Virus record (IMG/VR): IMGVR_UViG_3300032281_000616
Location: 128,001-192,000 of that record
Source of the DNA: a virus
Lineage: Duplodnaviria > Caudoviricetes
Strand: one strand, 5' to 3'
DNA: 64,000 bases
The stretch's first letter is position 1; each line of letters begins with the position of its first letter. The translations under genes were made by a program, and so were the position numbers. Below the pieces are notes generated by a model. That model did not search any database, was not told the origin of the DNA, and saw only the letters and a program-made list of their open reading frames with translations. Positions 30,486 to 40,166 of the stretch are shown here, piece by piece.

Positions 30486-31163
30486 TTAATATCCCCACGC
30501 TTCTAGCGTATGTTTAAATGGTTTACCTTTAATACCCATAACAAGATCAAGCATTTCCTTGGCAATATCATTGATTTCCTTTTGTGCATGATCCGAGTAT
30601 CTTAGTTTCAACAAATTTGCAAAGCTTCTCATATTGAAACTAATATCTGCTTGGATCTGAGAATTGTATGTTTTGAAGAATCGGGCAGATTCTTTTGCTC
30701 TTTTGCGGCCAAGAGTAGGCTCAAGGTCTTTTAAACATTGATGATATAGCTGATTCCCCATTTCTGTGTATCTCTGTAGAATTTCACTCCAATTATCTCC
30801 AAGATAGTAGTCTAGTTCTTGAGCGTCAGCTTTTATGTTTTCCCAATCTTGCGGGATATAATACTTATCTTCTTTAAGTTCCTTATATCTTGCGGATTCA
30901 GCATTCATACTAGAAATCCTATGTTTCAATAAATGAATATGTGAAGCAATATCTGTATCGACCAAAAAATGAACCATGCCTTTTTCAAAAGGTGTTTCGT
31001 GTCCATTATCCCATAGATCTTTAATCAACTTGGGAATACGTTCTTCTTTATCAGGTGATAAATTTCTGCTTGTGCTAGTCCACGCTGAACATGCGATGAT
31101 TTTATCTGACCCATAGTATCCAATTAACGAAACGGTGTTGGAATTGTTATTAGTATTGTTCAT
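30486..31163 (-). CDS. thyX: flavin-dependent thymidylate synthase
   Basis: GHETPFE, HLLKHRISSMNAESARY, KESARFF, NMRSFANLLKLR. Confidence 0.92.
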   Translation of the reverse strand: MNNTNNNSNTVSLIGYYGSDKIIACSAWTSTSRNLSPDKEERIPKLIKDLWDNGHETPFEKGMVHFLVDTDIASHIHLLKHRISSMNAESARYKELKEDKYYIPQDWENIKADAQELDYYLGDNWSEILQRYTEMGNQLYHQCLKDLEPTLGRKRAKESARFFKTYNSQIQADISFNMRSFANLLKLRYSDHAQKEINDIAKEMLDLVMGIKGKPFKHTLEAWGY

Positions 31164-31845
31164 ATTTAAAATGTTTATATTTATTTGGTGGATTACCTTT
31201 TCGAATGTTTAAAAGCGATGTTACACTGACCCCACTCAATCTACTCAATTCTTGTATTGAACCAGCTTCAATTTCGGTAGAGTCTATAATGTTGATTAAT
31301 TTACATTTTATAGATATGGGTGTTAACCTACCTTTCAATTTTTTACTTATATTTGGGCGTTTAGTTCCTTTAAGTTTGCTGGGAACCCCTCTCAATTTAG
31401 AAGATCTTTTTTCTATTTGTTCTGGTGTAAAAACCTGTAATTTTCTTTTCTGTCTTATCTTTTCCTTTGTGGATTCTGAATGTATACGTCCTCGATTAGC
31501 ATCCCCAATCTTTTTTTTATGTTCTTCGGATTTGGGTTTGTTCTGTTTCGGTGGTATATTTCCACCAGAAGCTATATTCATTCCAATACTTGCATCCGTG
31601 CTGTTTTTCTCATTTATCCAATAAATTTCGCGTTCAGATAAATCTTCTTCTGATACTTTCTCCAACACTTCAAATTTATGATTAGATACCCCATATTTTT
31701 TAAATGAATTGTGTAGATATGGTTGATTTCTTGTATTACTTAAAAATCTATAATGCATCCACCTTTTATGAATATTTGCAGATAGCCCTATATAAATTTT
31801 ATTAGAAGGACTTGTGATGATGTAAATACCTGATATGATTTCCAT
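31150..31845 (-). CDS. GIY-YIG homing endonuclease with NUMOD3 repeats
   Basis: SGIYIITSPSNKIYIGLS; KSEEHKKKIG..HSESTKEKI. Confidence 0.9.
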   Translation of the reverse strand: MEIISGIYIITSPSNKIYIGLSANIHKRWMHYRFLSNTRNQPYLHNSFKKYGVSNHKFEVLEKVSEEDLSEREIYWINEKNSTDASIGMNIASGGNIPPKQNKPKSEEHKKKIGDANRGRIHSESTKEKIRQKRKLQVFTPEQIEKRSSKLRGVPSKLKGTKRPNISKKLKGRLTPISIKCKLINIIDSTEIEAGSIQELSRLSGVSVTSLLNIRKGNPPNKYKHFKYEQY

Positions 31846-31861
31846 ATCATTATTTAATCTA

Positions 31862-31891
31862 TCAACCTATTAATTCTACTTTATTATCCAT
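31862..31891 (-). pseudogene. stranded original thyX 5' end
   Basis: MDNKVELIG* versus functional NTVSLIGYYGS. Confidence 0.6.
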
Positions 31892-31920
31892 ATTATCAAA
31901 AATTATTATCAGAAAACGTT

Positions 31921-32000
31921 TATACTCTGCTCTGCCATCTGAGCTATACCTCCGTTTTATATATGTGGAGGCAGGATGATTCGAACATCCGACACGAGGG
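31921..32000 (-). tRNA. tRNA halves in permuted order (3' half upstream of 5' half)
   Basis: GGATG-TTCGAAT-CATCC-TGCCTCC-A, 13-nt linker, GGAGGTA-TA-GCTC-AGATGGCA-GAGC; the acceptor strands pair fully. Confidence 0.45.
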
Positions 32001-32176
32001 ATTCATTCCTTAGTATTTGCTGTATGTTTTCTTATCAAGTTACATTTTTTGCTACGTGTCCTAGCCAATTAGACGATACCATCTTTCATAGAAAGCGATG
32101 GCAGTGTTAACGGGAGTTGCTTTAAGTTTTGTTTCGAACATGTTGTTAGTTTAACTTAGTGTTTTACGAAGTCAAG

Positions 32177-32413
32177 TTAATTTAATTTATAATTGAAAAA
32201 GTTTTCGTCAGTTGATTTAACAACCCTAGATGGATCAAACTCTTCTCCGATAGTGCATTGGAATCCTTCGAAGATATATACAGCAACGTCTCCGTAAAGG
32301 GATTCCATAATTTCTTCAATATTTGAGCATTCGATCCAAGTTTTCTTAGTTAAGCAATGATGATGACTCCCAGAAATCCAACGATCTTCCCAAATCACGG
32401 TGTATTGTTTCAT
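32177..32413 (-). CDS. hypothetical protein
   Basis: Promoter motif at exact spacing. Confidence 0.7.
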   Translation of the reverse strand: MKQYTVIWEDRWISGSHHHCLTKKTWIECSNIEEIMESLYGDVAVYIFEGFQCTIGEEFDPSRVVKSTDENFFNYKLN

Positions 32414-32438
32414 GTCAGTAGTATAGTATAGTGTTTAA

Positions 32439-33239
32439 TCAATAATCTTGGCAAGGATCGTTATTATGTCCGGGAAACAGATCTTCTCCAGCCTGTAGTT
32501 TCTTTGAAATCACATAAGCAATTCCATCTTGGAAGATGTAGTTATCAATATCATTATAGTTAGTTAGATTGAAGTTATCAACCTTATCACAAGCCCACCA
32601 TGAACCATTTTTTTGTTGATCGGTGCATTCAATAGCCCAATTGTGATCAATTCTATAAAGCATTTCATGTCTTTCCACACGACATTTACCTTCTAGGTCC
32701 TTATGAGAGAAGAACTGCTCACAGAACATATTAAGACTATTACGTTCCCAATTCTTTACTCTCCATAGGAAGACATTAGCGACATCATCTTTAGGACATT
32801 GAAATGCACGGGCATAAAATACAGCAGGTGTGGAATCCATATAATCCCACTGATTAAAATGTTCATGATTACTATGATCTTTAAGCAACCAATTTTTATT
32901 AAAGTATGCTGTCATCATTGCAGCCGTAACACTTTCAATCTTATTCTGTCTACCACCAAACCATTGTTGAGTGTCAATAGTAGCATCATCAGTTAATACA
33001 AATGTTACTTCATCACTCTGAGCATACAGAGCTTTACATCCTTGCATTTGTTGTGCTACTTCTTTAGCAGAGTCAAACATACAAGTGATCAATGTTTGAT
33101 CGAATGGTCTTTGACAACCCTTAGTCCATGTATGAAAACTTTTCCCGTCAAGTCTCACAATAATTGGAGTCTTTGGTAGAAAGTAGTGTTCGTAAATACT
33201 TTCGTAATTTTTGCAGCGGTCGCCCAAATTGTCTTTCAT
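32439..33239 (-). CDS. thg1: tRNA(His) guanylyltransferase Thg1-like
   Basis: IVRLDGKSFH, YAQSDEV, WFGGRQNK, ARAF, FLWR, FSHKDLEGK. Confidence 0.9.
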   Translation of the reverse strand: MKDNLGDRCKNYESIYEHYFLPKTPIIVRLDGKSFHTWTKGCQRPFDQTLITCMFDSAKEVAQQMQGCKALYAQSDEVTFVLTDDATIDTQQWFGGRQNKIESVTAAMMTAYFNKNWLLKDHSNHEHFNQWDYMDSTPAVFYARAFQCPKDDVANVFLWRVKNWERNSLNMFCEQFFSHKDLEGKCRVERHEMLYRIDHNWAIECTDQQKNGSWWACDKVDNFNLTNYNDIDNYIFQDGIAYVISKKLQAGEDLFPGHNNDPCQDY

Positions 33240-33853
33240 ATAAATAGTATATTCTAGTGTTTAATCGAGAGGATTCAGTTTTAGATAAGCATCTCGCCAC
33301 AACATAAACTCAAGATATTTTACGTATGTATACTTCTCTCTTTTCAACCACTTCATCCATTCTTCTTGAATTTTTTGATCTGGGTGTTGCTTAGATGGTA
33401 ATGTCGGTTTTTTCATACAATGTAATTCTTCTTTTGTGCTATCTCAATTGCCCGAGAACTACACGCCAATAGTCTTTCTATTAGTTCAATAGCTATGCAT
33501 AGTTCTGTCTTTGCTTGTGCTTCTGTTAGTTCGGATACTAACTTAACACCATATTTGGGATTATCTACTTGATAATTTGACCAATCTTTTTTATTCATAA
33601 AGAGGTGGGTGGGTTAACTCATAATTGGTATATTCCAGCTAGGGTCACTCCATAACATCAAGGCGTCTGTCTTTACGTTTTTGACAAAAACTTGAAAACT
33701 GGATATATACTTCATATGCCACCCATTAAAAAATTTTAAGTATATCAAATTCCTCTCTCATATGTATCAGGAGACTCTCCTAGTAGAGCTATGGCCATAG
33801 ATACTTCGGTATTGATGTCGATGATAAACACTCCGAAGAGCATACTTAAATGA

Positions 33854-34003
33854 TTGAGTGTGTGGAATTCGAATCCACGATTAACAGCTATAGACCATTT
33901 TGGGTATATAAGGCATTCTCAACGTTCCCGAATACCTTATATATTATTCCCTCTCAGAGTTTTCGAATTACTCCAACCTCGTATCCACAGAGGATTACAC
34001 TCA
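33854..34003 (-). ncRNA. 150-nt tRNA-like RNA with large internal hairpin
   Basis: TGAGTGT/ACACTCA acceptor, CCTC/GAGG D-like arm, GTGGA-TTCGAAT-TCCAC T-arm, 14-bp internal stem. Confidence 0.55.
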
Positions 34004-34010
34004 AATTATT

Positions 34011-34343
34011 TCACACATTCACATCTTCCCAACCAAGATGACCCTTGAGGGCAACATCTTCATATGGAAGATCCTTGAAGTATTTGATACAACGCTTTTC
34101 AAGGTTCTCAAAAGCTTCAAGGACAGATGCTTCACGATCCTTTACCGCAGGGAGTTTATAAGCTGGGGCTAGAGCGCGAGCAATCGCAATCTTTTCACCA
34201 TGTTTTTTATCCCACTTATCTAGTCGAGTATTACATAGAGAAAAACCGTAATTGATTTTTCCTTCATGTTTGATAGCAACAGCAATTCCTTTCGGTTGGT
34301 TGGTTTCAGTGTTGCGAATGTATGTTTTGATAATGTCTTGCAT
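34011..34343 (-). CDS. conserved phage hypothetical protein
   Basis: YGFSLCN..LDKWDKKHG..IA.ARA; promoter motif at exact spacing. Confidence 0.75.
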   Translation of the reverse strand: MQDIIKTYIRNTETNQPKGIAVAIKHEGKINYGFSLCNTRLDKWDKKHGEKIAIARALAPAYKLPAVKDREASVLEAFENLEKRCIKYFKDLPYEDVALKGHLGWEDVNV

Positions 34344-34364
34344 ATCGTTATTTTAACTTAGTGT

Positions 34365-35363
34365 TCACAGATGAACAGTTGTAAGTCCATCAGTAGTTGT
34401 CCAATATTCTCCAAGTTGTTGAAGTGCATTCAATACTTGTTCCTTGGTCGCCCAATTAGGAGAGAAAATATTTTGGATTTGTCGAATAGTTACTTCTGTG
34501 TAACCTTCATCCCTCTTCTTAGTGAGATAATTATCAACCTTTGTTACAAAGGCATCTAATTCCTTAACAAGATCGGGAACAATTGTATTTTCTCCATCCT
34601 CATCAACAACGGGTGCTGTAATTTCTTCTACAAAGTCTGACATAACTTCATATTTACACACACGAACCTTTTGACAATTACAATCAGATGGAACTGATAC
34701 AACATCAGCAGGATTGATCTTAACTACAATTAGTTTAGAGGCAAATCCCCTAGCATAATCAAGAGATCCAGCATGAAGACCGAATGAACAATGCTTTTCA
34801 CGATTATCATCAACATCACGACGACGAACTTCAATAACAGATCCTACTCCATTATAAATTTGTCCATCAGAATTAACATAACCCTGAATAACCTTAGTAT
34901 TCAAATTTCCATGTGACGAAAAATAGTTATAATTGACACCCTTATAGGCAAGGAAGCAACCATCTTCTGTGAGAGGTAGTTCCTTATAGTCTAGGAATTC
35001 TGTCAATTCCTTCACACTCTGAGCACTTGGATTTTGCTCTAGGTTAGCCCAGAACTTCTCAAAGTGTTCCAATGGGAGTCCATCAGCGATGATAGACAAA
35101 ACCTTATCTGAGAAAGCTTTAGGAAGCTTCTCGCCCTTATAGAAGATTTCTTCACCTTGGATATCAAATCCTTCAGTTTCTTCGATAACCTTATCAGCCT
35201 TGACGACCTTATTAAGGATCGCCTCGACCTCTGCTTCTTGCTCATCTTTTGGTAGTTGAAAGACTTTGATAATTTTTGGATATCGTTGATCAGTCTTCTC
35301 AACGCGGATATTCTTTCCGTTAATAAAAAGAATAATTGCTTCTGTGTTAATTGCGTATTTCAT
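34365..35363 (-). CDS. rIIB: rIIB lysis inhibition protein
   Basis: FWANL.QNPS..SV.EL..FL....LP.TEDGCFLAYKGV; CSFGLH.GS..YA; VKINPADVVSVP.D...KVRVCKYEV. Confidence 0.9.
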   Translation of the reverse strand: MKYAINTEAIILFINGKNIRVEKTDQRYPKIIKVFQLPKDEQEAEVEAILNKVVKADKVIEETEGFDIQGEEIFYKGEKLPKAFSDKVLSIIADGLPLEHFEKFWANLEQNPSAQSVKELTEFLDYKELPLTEDGCFLAYKGVNYNYFSSHGNLNTKVIQGYVNSDGQIYNGVGSVIEVRRRDVDDNREKHCSFGLHAGSLDYARGFASKLIVVKINPADVVSVPSDCNCQKVRVCKYEVMSDFVEEITAPVVDEDGENTIVPDLVKELDAFVTKVDNYLTKKRDEGYTEVTIRQIQNIFSPNWATKEQVLNALQQLGEYWTTTDGLTTVHL

Positions 35364-35398
35364 AATCTATGTTTAGTATATCTTAGTGTTTTATAATG

Positions 35399-35641
35399 TC
35401 AACGGTTCATATTTGATTTAATTCCACCAACAGTCCTACGATACTTACCAAGAATATCATAAAGTGGATCTTGGTTCATCATAAGGAATGTCGCTACATC
35501 AGTAGCGGATAGAGAACCTTGACCTTTACCAGATGATTGTAGAAATCCTCTGATATTAAGCATCAGTTCATGTTGTTCAGCTTGTAGACGATCCATAAAT
35601 AGTTTACCGTCCTTAGTTTCGTATGATTTGACTTGCTTCAT
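35399..35641 (-). CDS. hypothetical protein
   Basis: MKQVKSYETKDGKLF; start set by the motif. Confidence 0.7.
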   Translation of the reverse strand: MKQVKSYETKDGKLFMDRLQAEQHELMLNIRGFLQSSGKGQGSLSATDVATFLMMNQDPLYDILGKYRRTVGGIKSNMNR

Positions 35642-35676
35642 ATTGTTATTATATTCTAGTGTTTTATAAATTGAAT

Positions 35677-35768
35677 TGGGTGGGAGCGTCCTCCCATAAT
35701 GATATTGGATTCGAACCAATTACTAACCCGATCAGGCTTGGAAGTCACCATGCTTCTCATCATTCCCA
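35677..35768 (-). ncRNA. tRNA-like RNA with a hairpin inserted in the acceptor stem
   Basis: TGGG-AATGAT...GAAG/CTTC...ATTGG-TTCGAAT-CCAAT-ATCATT-[TGGGAG gacg CTCCCA]-CCCA. Confidence 0.45.
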
Positions 35769-35771
35769 AAA

Positions 35772-37637
35772 TTATTTTGTTGTAAGGATTTTACGCAGAT
35801 CTTCTCGTGTAATTTTTGTGTTGTATGTTTCAATACTAGACAAAACCCTACCTCGGAAAGAATTTTCCTTCAAAATCTTATTCTTGACCATATTCAATCT
35901 AGTCAACTTTGATGGATTTTTTCCAATGACCTTGATCAGTCTTTGAGATGGATGGATTCTAAACATCGCACTTTTAACACGATATTCGGCATTCTCCATA
36001 TCTCTTTTGGCTTGCTCAATGACATTGAGCTCAGCGCAGCGTTTTGTATATTCTGGTGAGTTAAGCTCAAACCAACCCAGTTCGAGAAGTTGTTCTTTCA
36101 TCTTCTTAGAATTACAAACCCAATAAGGATTATTAACACCACACTCAGAAGTCAATCCAATAACGCGCTGTCTAAGGTATGAGATACTATCAATAGATTT
36201 TTCCCATCCATCTACGATTTCAACACCGTTGAAAGACTTATCAGTTACATGTTCATCCAATTCTTCAGCAGTGAAATTTCTCTTGTGACCATTGAAATAC
36301 ACAACATACCTAACCTCATTAGGATCTTTGGCTAGTTTGGGTAAACCAAGTTTCTTAACGTCTACAAATGTTACATCAGAAACATCCAAGGTATCGGTTG
36401 ATAAAATATCACCTTTATTAAGCATCCAAACAATTTGTGTATTTGGAAACAACCCAGCAATATATTGATCAAGACGCTTCACCCAACCTTTGTATGACTT
36501 GATATCTGGAATCTGATACACCACATACTTACCTGTCGTTTTATTATGACCATACCCAGTGTGAATATAATCTAGACATTTTTGAATTTTATAAGTATCT
36601 GGAAAAGTATTAGAGAATGAGTATCTGAACCACTCACCTTCATAGTATGAATTATGCTTATTTTCTAAAATCGCTTCCCCAAATTTTGGTGTAACAATCT
36701 TGGATCGATCTTCATCACTAAGTTGAACTATGGCATCAGTGATTTCATCCAGAACCTTTTTATTGTTTGGAGTATCTTCAATACTTTCACGAGAAATTGG
36801 CACAGTCAATTTACCGATAGGAACATCCACTACAATCTTACCCAGAGGGTTCACAACCTTGATATCGGATCGCATATTGTAAACAATCCCACCCATACGA
36901 ATGGCTACATAATCAGGAGATGTCCAAAATGTGCTTTGGTATAAGTTGATGGTATAGTCCCCGATATCCTTAGTTAGGAGAGGTTGAATAGGAGTATGTT
37001 CAACATCATATTGATCTGTAAATTTAATATTTGCATTCGGTAGAAAGCGTTCCACGAAAGATGCTGATTCTGTAGAGAAATTGTAGTAGTTTTTGTTTAC
37101 ATCTAGTGATACCTCCAAACCCGATTCTGTTGTCGGTTCTGGATCTGATACACGATAGATTTCTCCTACAGATAAACCATTGTCACCAGCACCGAGAATA
37201 CAAGCGTATTGAGTTTTTAATCCTTCATGATATGAGGTGATGTAGAATGAATCCGAGACAGCAAATGGTGACAATGCACCTACACCAAATCCACCGACTT
37301 GGTTATTATTGTTTCTCTTATCAGATCCACCATACATACCATAAATGGTTCTGATAGACTCCTCACTAAGTCCCTTAGCGAAGTCCCTAGAACTCCACAC
37401 ATATTGACCATTGACATTCTCAAGCTTAACCTCTACAGCTTTGTCGATACCATACTTGATATGTTCATCCTGAGAGTTTGTGATAGTCTCACGGATACAT
37501 GCGAGGGTTTTATTGGAGTAAATCTTATCGCGTAAAAATCCAGCGATCATATCTTCAGCACCCGAAGCTACTCCCATTTTTGAAACGTTCATGTCTTCCG
37601 ATGCTATGGTGGGTGAATTCTTAAAGTTTAATTTCAT
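35772..37637 (-). CDS. rIIA: rIIA lysis inhibition protein (GHKL ATPase N-terminus)
   Basis: IYSNK..ACIRE.ITNS.D.H, RDFAKGLS, YGGSDKR..N.QVGGFGVG..SPFA..DSF; adjacent to rIIB. Confidence 0.9.
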   Translation of the reverse strand: MKLNFKNSPTIASEDMNVSKMGVASGAEDMIAGFLRDKIYSNKTLACIRETITNSQDEHIKYGIDKAVEVKLENVNGQYVWSSRDFAKGLSEESIRTIYGMYGGSDKRNNNNQVGGFGVGALSPFAVSDSFYITSYHEGLKTQYACILGAGDNGLSVGEIYRVSDPEPTTESGLEVSLDVNKNYYNFSTESASFVERFLPNANIKFTDQYDVEHTPIQPLLTKDIGDYTINLYQSTFWTSPDYVAIRMGGIVYNMRSDIKVVNPLGKIVVDVPIGKLTVPISRESIEDTPNNKKVLDEITDAIVQLSDEDRSKIVTPKFGEAILENKHNSYYEGEWFRYSFSNTFPDTYKIQKCLDYIHTGYGHNKTTGKYVVYQIPDIKSYKGWVKRLDQYIAGLFPNTQIVWMLNKGDILSTDTLDVSDVTFVDVKKLGLPKLAKDPNEVRYVVYFNGHKRNFTAEELDEHVTDKSFNGVEIVDGWEKSIDSISYLRQRVIGLTSECGVNNPYWVCNSKKMKEQLLELGWFELNSPEYTKRCAELNVIEQAKRDMENAEYRVKSAMFRIHPSQRLIKVIGKNPSKLTRLNMVKNKILKENSFRGRVLSSIETYNTKITREDLRKILTTK

Positions 37638-37696
37638 ATCAGCAGTGTAGTTTAGTGTTTAATCAAAAAAATTCTTCTTAAGAGATAAATAATAAT

Positions 37697-38677
37697 ATGA
37701 CAAAAGAATGTAGTAAATGTAAAATAGTTAAGGATGTTTCTGAATTCGGTATTTGTAAACTAGTAAAGAGTGGGTTATATCCATCATGTAATCCATGTAG
37801 GAGAAAGTTAGCTAAAGAAGCTACAATATTAAAAAAATTAAAAAAGGAGGAGGAACTCAAACATAATCCACCAGCACCAAAGATAGGTAAAAACTGTTCC
37901 AAATGTAAAGAATTCAAATTATACAGTTTTTTTGTAGTTAATAATTCAGCAAAAGATGGAAAATCTTCTAGATGTAAAGCCTGTAAAAAAAATGAAAGAA
38001 TCGATAATAGAGAATATATAAATAAACAGAATAAAGAATACTACAAAAGGGTTAAACACACAGATCGTTACAGGGAAGCTTATGATGTATATTATAAAAA
38101 AAATTCAACAGCCATCAAAAAAAGAGTGAAGGATCATTATCAAAGAAATAAAGAAACGATGTCTAAAAAGGCGAACGTTAGGAAAAGTAGAAGATATCAT
38201 TCAGATAATAACTTCAATCTTTTGTGTAAAATACGAGCAATGATTATAAGAACAATCAAAGGCAGAAAATGCAAATCTGTTTACTATGTCGGGGTGAATA
38301 CACCAGAAGAGTTTTTAAATATCATGAATTCTAAGTGTAACAATCCGAATTGGATTTCTGATAAGTATCAGATAGATCATATATGGCAAGTTCATTGGTT
38401 CACAGACGCTCTAGAAAAAGACCCAGAGAATGTTTCTAAGATAATACACAACCACAAAAATCTAAGACCGATACCAGCATCAGAAAACATCAATAGGGAC
38501 AAATACGATTATACTAGTTTGTGTATCGAAGATTTTGAAATATATAAACCATACATAAATAAAAACATCCTAATCCAGATATCCGATCACTTCTCCATAT
38601 CACCTGCCCCAGCAGCTACTCCCATCTTAGATACAGACATATCTTCAGATGCAATAGTTGGTGAATTTTTGAATTGA
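37697..38677 (+). CDS. Zn-ribbon repeat HNH homing endonuclease
   Basis: Two CSKC...C..C repeats; YQIDHI...NHKNLRPIPASEN. Confidence 0.8.
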   Translation: MTKECSKCKIVKDVSEFGICKLVKSGLYPSCNPCRRKLAKEATILKKLKKEEELKHNPPAPKIGKNCSKCKEFKLYSFFVVNNSAKDGKSSRCKACKKNERIDNREYINKQNKEYYKRVKHTDRYREAYDVYYKKNSTAIKKRVKDHYQRNKETMSKKANVRKSRRYHSDNNFNLLCKIRAMIIRTIKGRKCKSVYYVGVNTPEEFLNIMNSKCNNPNWISDKYQIDHIWQVHWFTDALEKDPENVSKIIHNHKNLRPIPASENINRDKYDYTSLCIEDFEIYKPYINKNILIQISDHFSISPAPAATPILDTDISSDAIVGEFLN

Positions 38678-38685
38678 AGTTTCAT
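38587..38685 (-). pseudogene. stranded original rIIA 5' end with its own promoter
   Basis: MKLQFKNSPTIASEDMSVSKMGVAAGAGDMEK* versus rIIA MKLNFKNSPTIASEDMNVSKMGVASGAEDMI. Confidence 0.9.
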
Positions 38686-38712
38686 ATTGTGATGTAATTA
38701 TATCTTAGTGTT

Positions 38713-40166
38713 TTAACTATAAAATTTAACGCCCATGTAACCATTTTTCACCATGAAAGATCTAATGATATCCATAGCTTTTCCATAATCCTTTCCCCAC
38801 ATAGGAGGAAAGCATATATTATCAATTTCATCTACCAAATCCTCATGGTAAAAATCATCACTTGTTCCATTAAAATTGATGGCATTAGTCTTGAAGAAAA
38901 TTCGATGACATTCGCTCCATGAAAGACGCCATTCTTTAACAGCGTAATCGAATAGTGTTGTATATTTGAGTCTTTTCATTGTTCGAAATCATCCCAATTA
39001 ATAGAGTCCAGATCAATATCCTCTTCAGGAGGATAAATTGGTTCGTATGAAGTCACTGTAGTAACCTTGGTTACTTTCTTCACTGGTCTTGGTGTATAGG
39101 AATCTTTTTGATAACCCTTACCTTTGTGACAATCTTCTAATAGTCGATTATTTAACCAATTTACAGCATAGTAATCGTTTCCTACTTTATGATATGATGT
39201 GTGCCATTCATTGCCAGAACCATCGTATTCTATGTCAGAGTGATCAATCTCTGGGTGATCTTTCAACCACATATTTAATTCTATTTTATTCATTATATTA
39301 AATCTTTATGTTCTTGAAATAATTTCTCTAGTTCGCTTCTCAGGGGATCATCGATATTCATCTCTTCAGAATGTATATCATAGTATATTGTATAAGTCCA
39401 ATGGTTTTCATCGTATCTATGGACTTCCATATCATCTATCGTAAGGTGATAGATTACTTCTTTTCTAATATTTTTAAGATTCATGACTCAGTATAACATT
39501 TCCGAATAAAGTGTATACCCATCTCCGCTTCCATGATCGGGAAATCTCATTTGTCCATTTTTTTCTGCAATAATATAAGCTTCTTCACGAGAAACCCATT
39601 CTCTTAGTTGAGTTATAAAACCCTGATCAAAATCTCGAAATCTTTCTGATTCCAATCTCTGAGAACGCATTACATCATCCCAATGTCTAGGTCCACATAT
39701 AATTCTACCAGTTTTCTTGTTTTTATTTGCAGCACAAACAATCCAAGGATCGGGTTTAATTAGACCATTTTCAGTCCAGTAATCACTCATTTCCTAAAAA
39801 AAAGATAAAATCGATTCCTTAAAAACATACCATACACCATAAACAGCGTATTTAATTTTTCTTACTACTTTCATATGAAAGTAATATACGCTAGTGTTTA
39901 ATAACTAAGTCTCACAGATTGGCATCCGTTACTAGAGGTGGATTAACAATTGGATAAAATGGTATCCAAATGGGCATCTCTATAGCTTTATCTAAAGGGT
40001 TAGAGTCTCTATTTGTATCTTCGTATGGGGAACATTCTTCGAGTGAATGTTTCTTCGATACGACTTCTTTAGCTGAGTCTATAATATCTTTAGACGAGTA
40101 TATGTCTTCTTTCAAATTAGAAGAAGATAAAAACATTAGTAACCTAAAGATAATTAAACTCTTCAT
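38713..40166 (-). CDS. block of small hypothetical genes (38713..38979, 38976..39293, 39293..39484, 39488..39790, 39912..40166)
   Basis: Abutting ORFs; 39488..39790 has the common phage pattern G.RH.D..QGF...SREEA..IA...GQ. Confidence 0.7.

Noticed and set aside
31921-32141. Two-piece tmRNA
   Set aside because: No G3-U70 alanine identity pair, a canonical tRNA D-arm, and no tag ORF after the 5' half.
33880-33895. CTGTTAA as an Asn anticodon loop in the 150-nt RNA
   Set aside because: The flanking stem pairs poorly and overlaps the T-stem.
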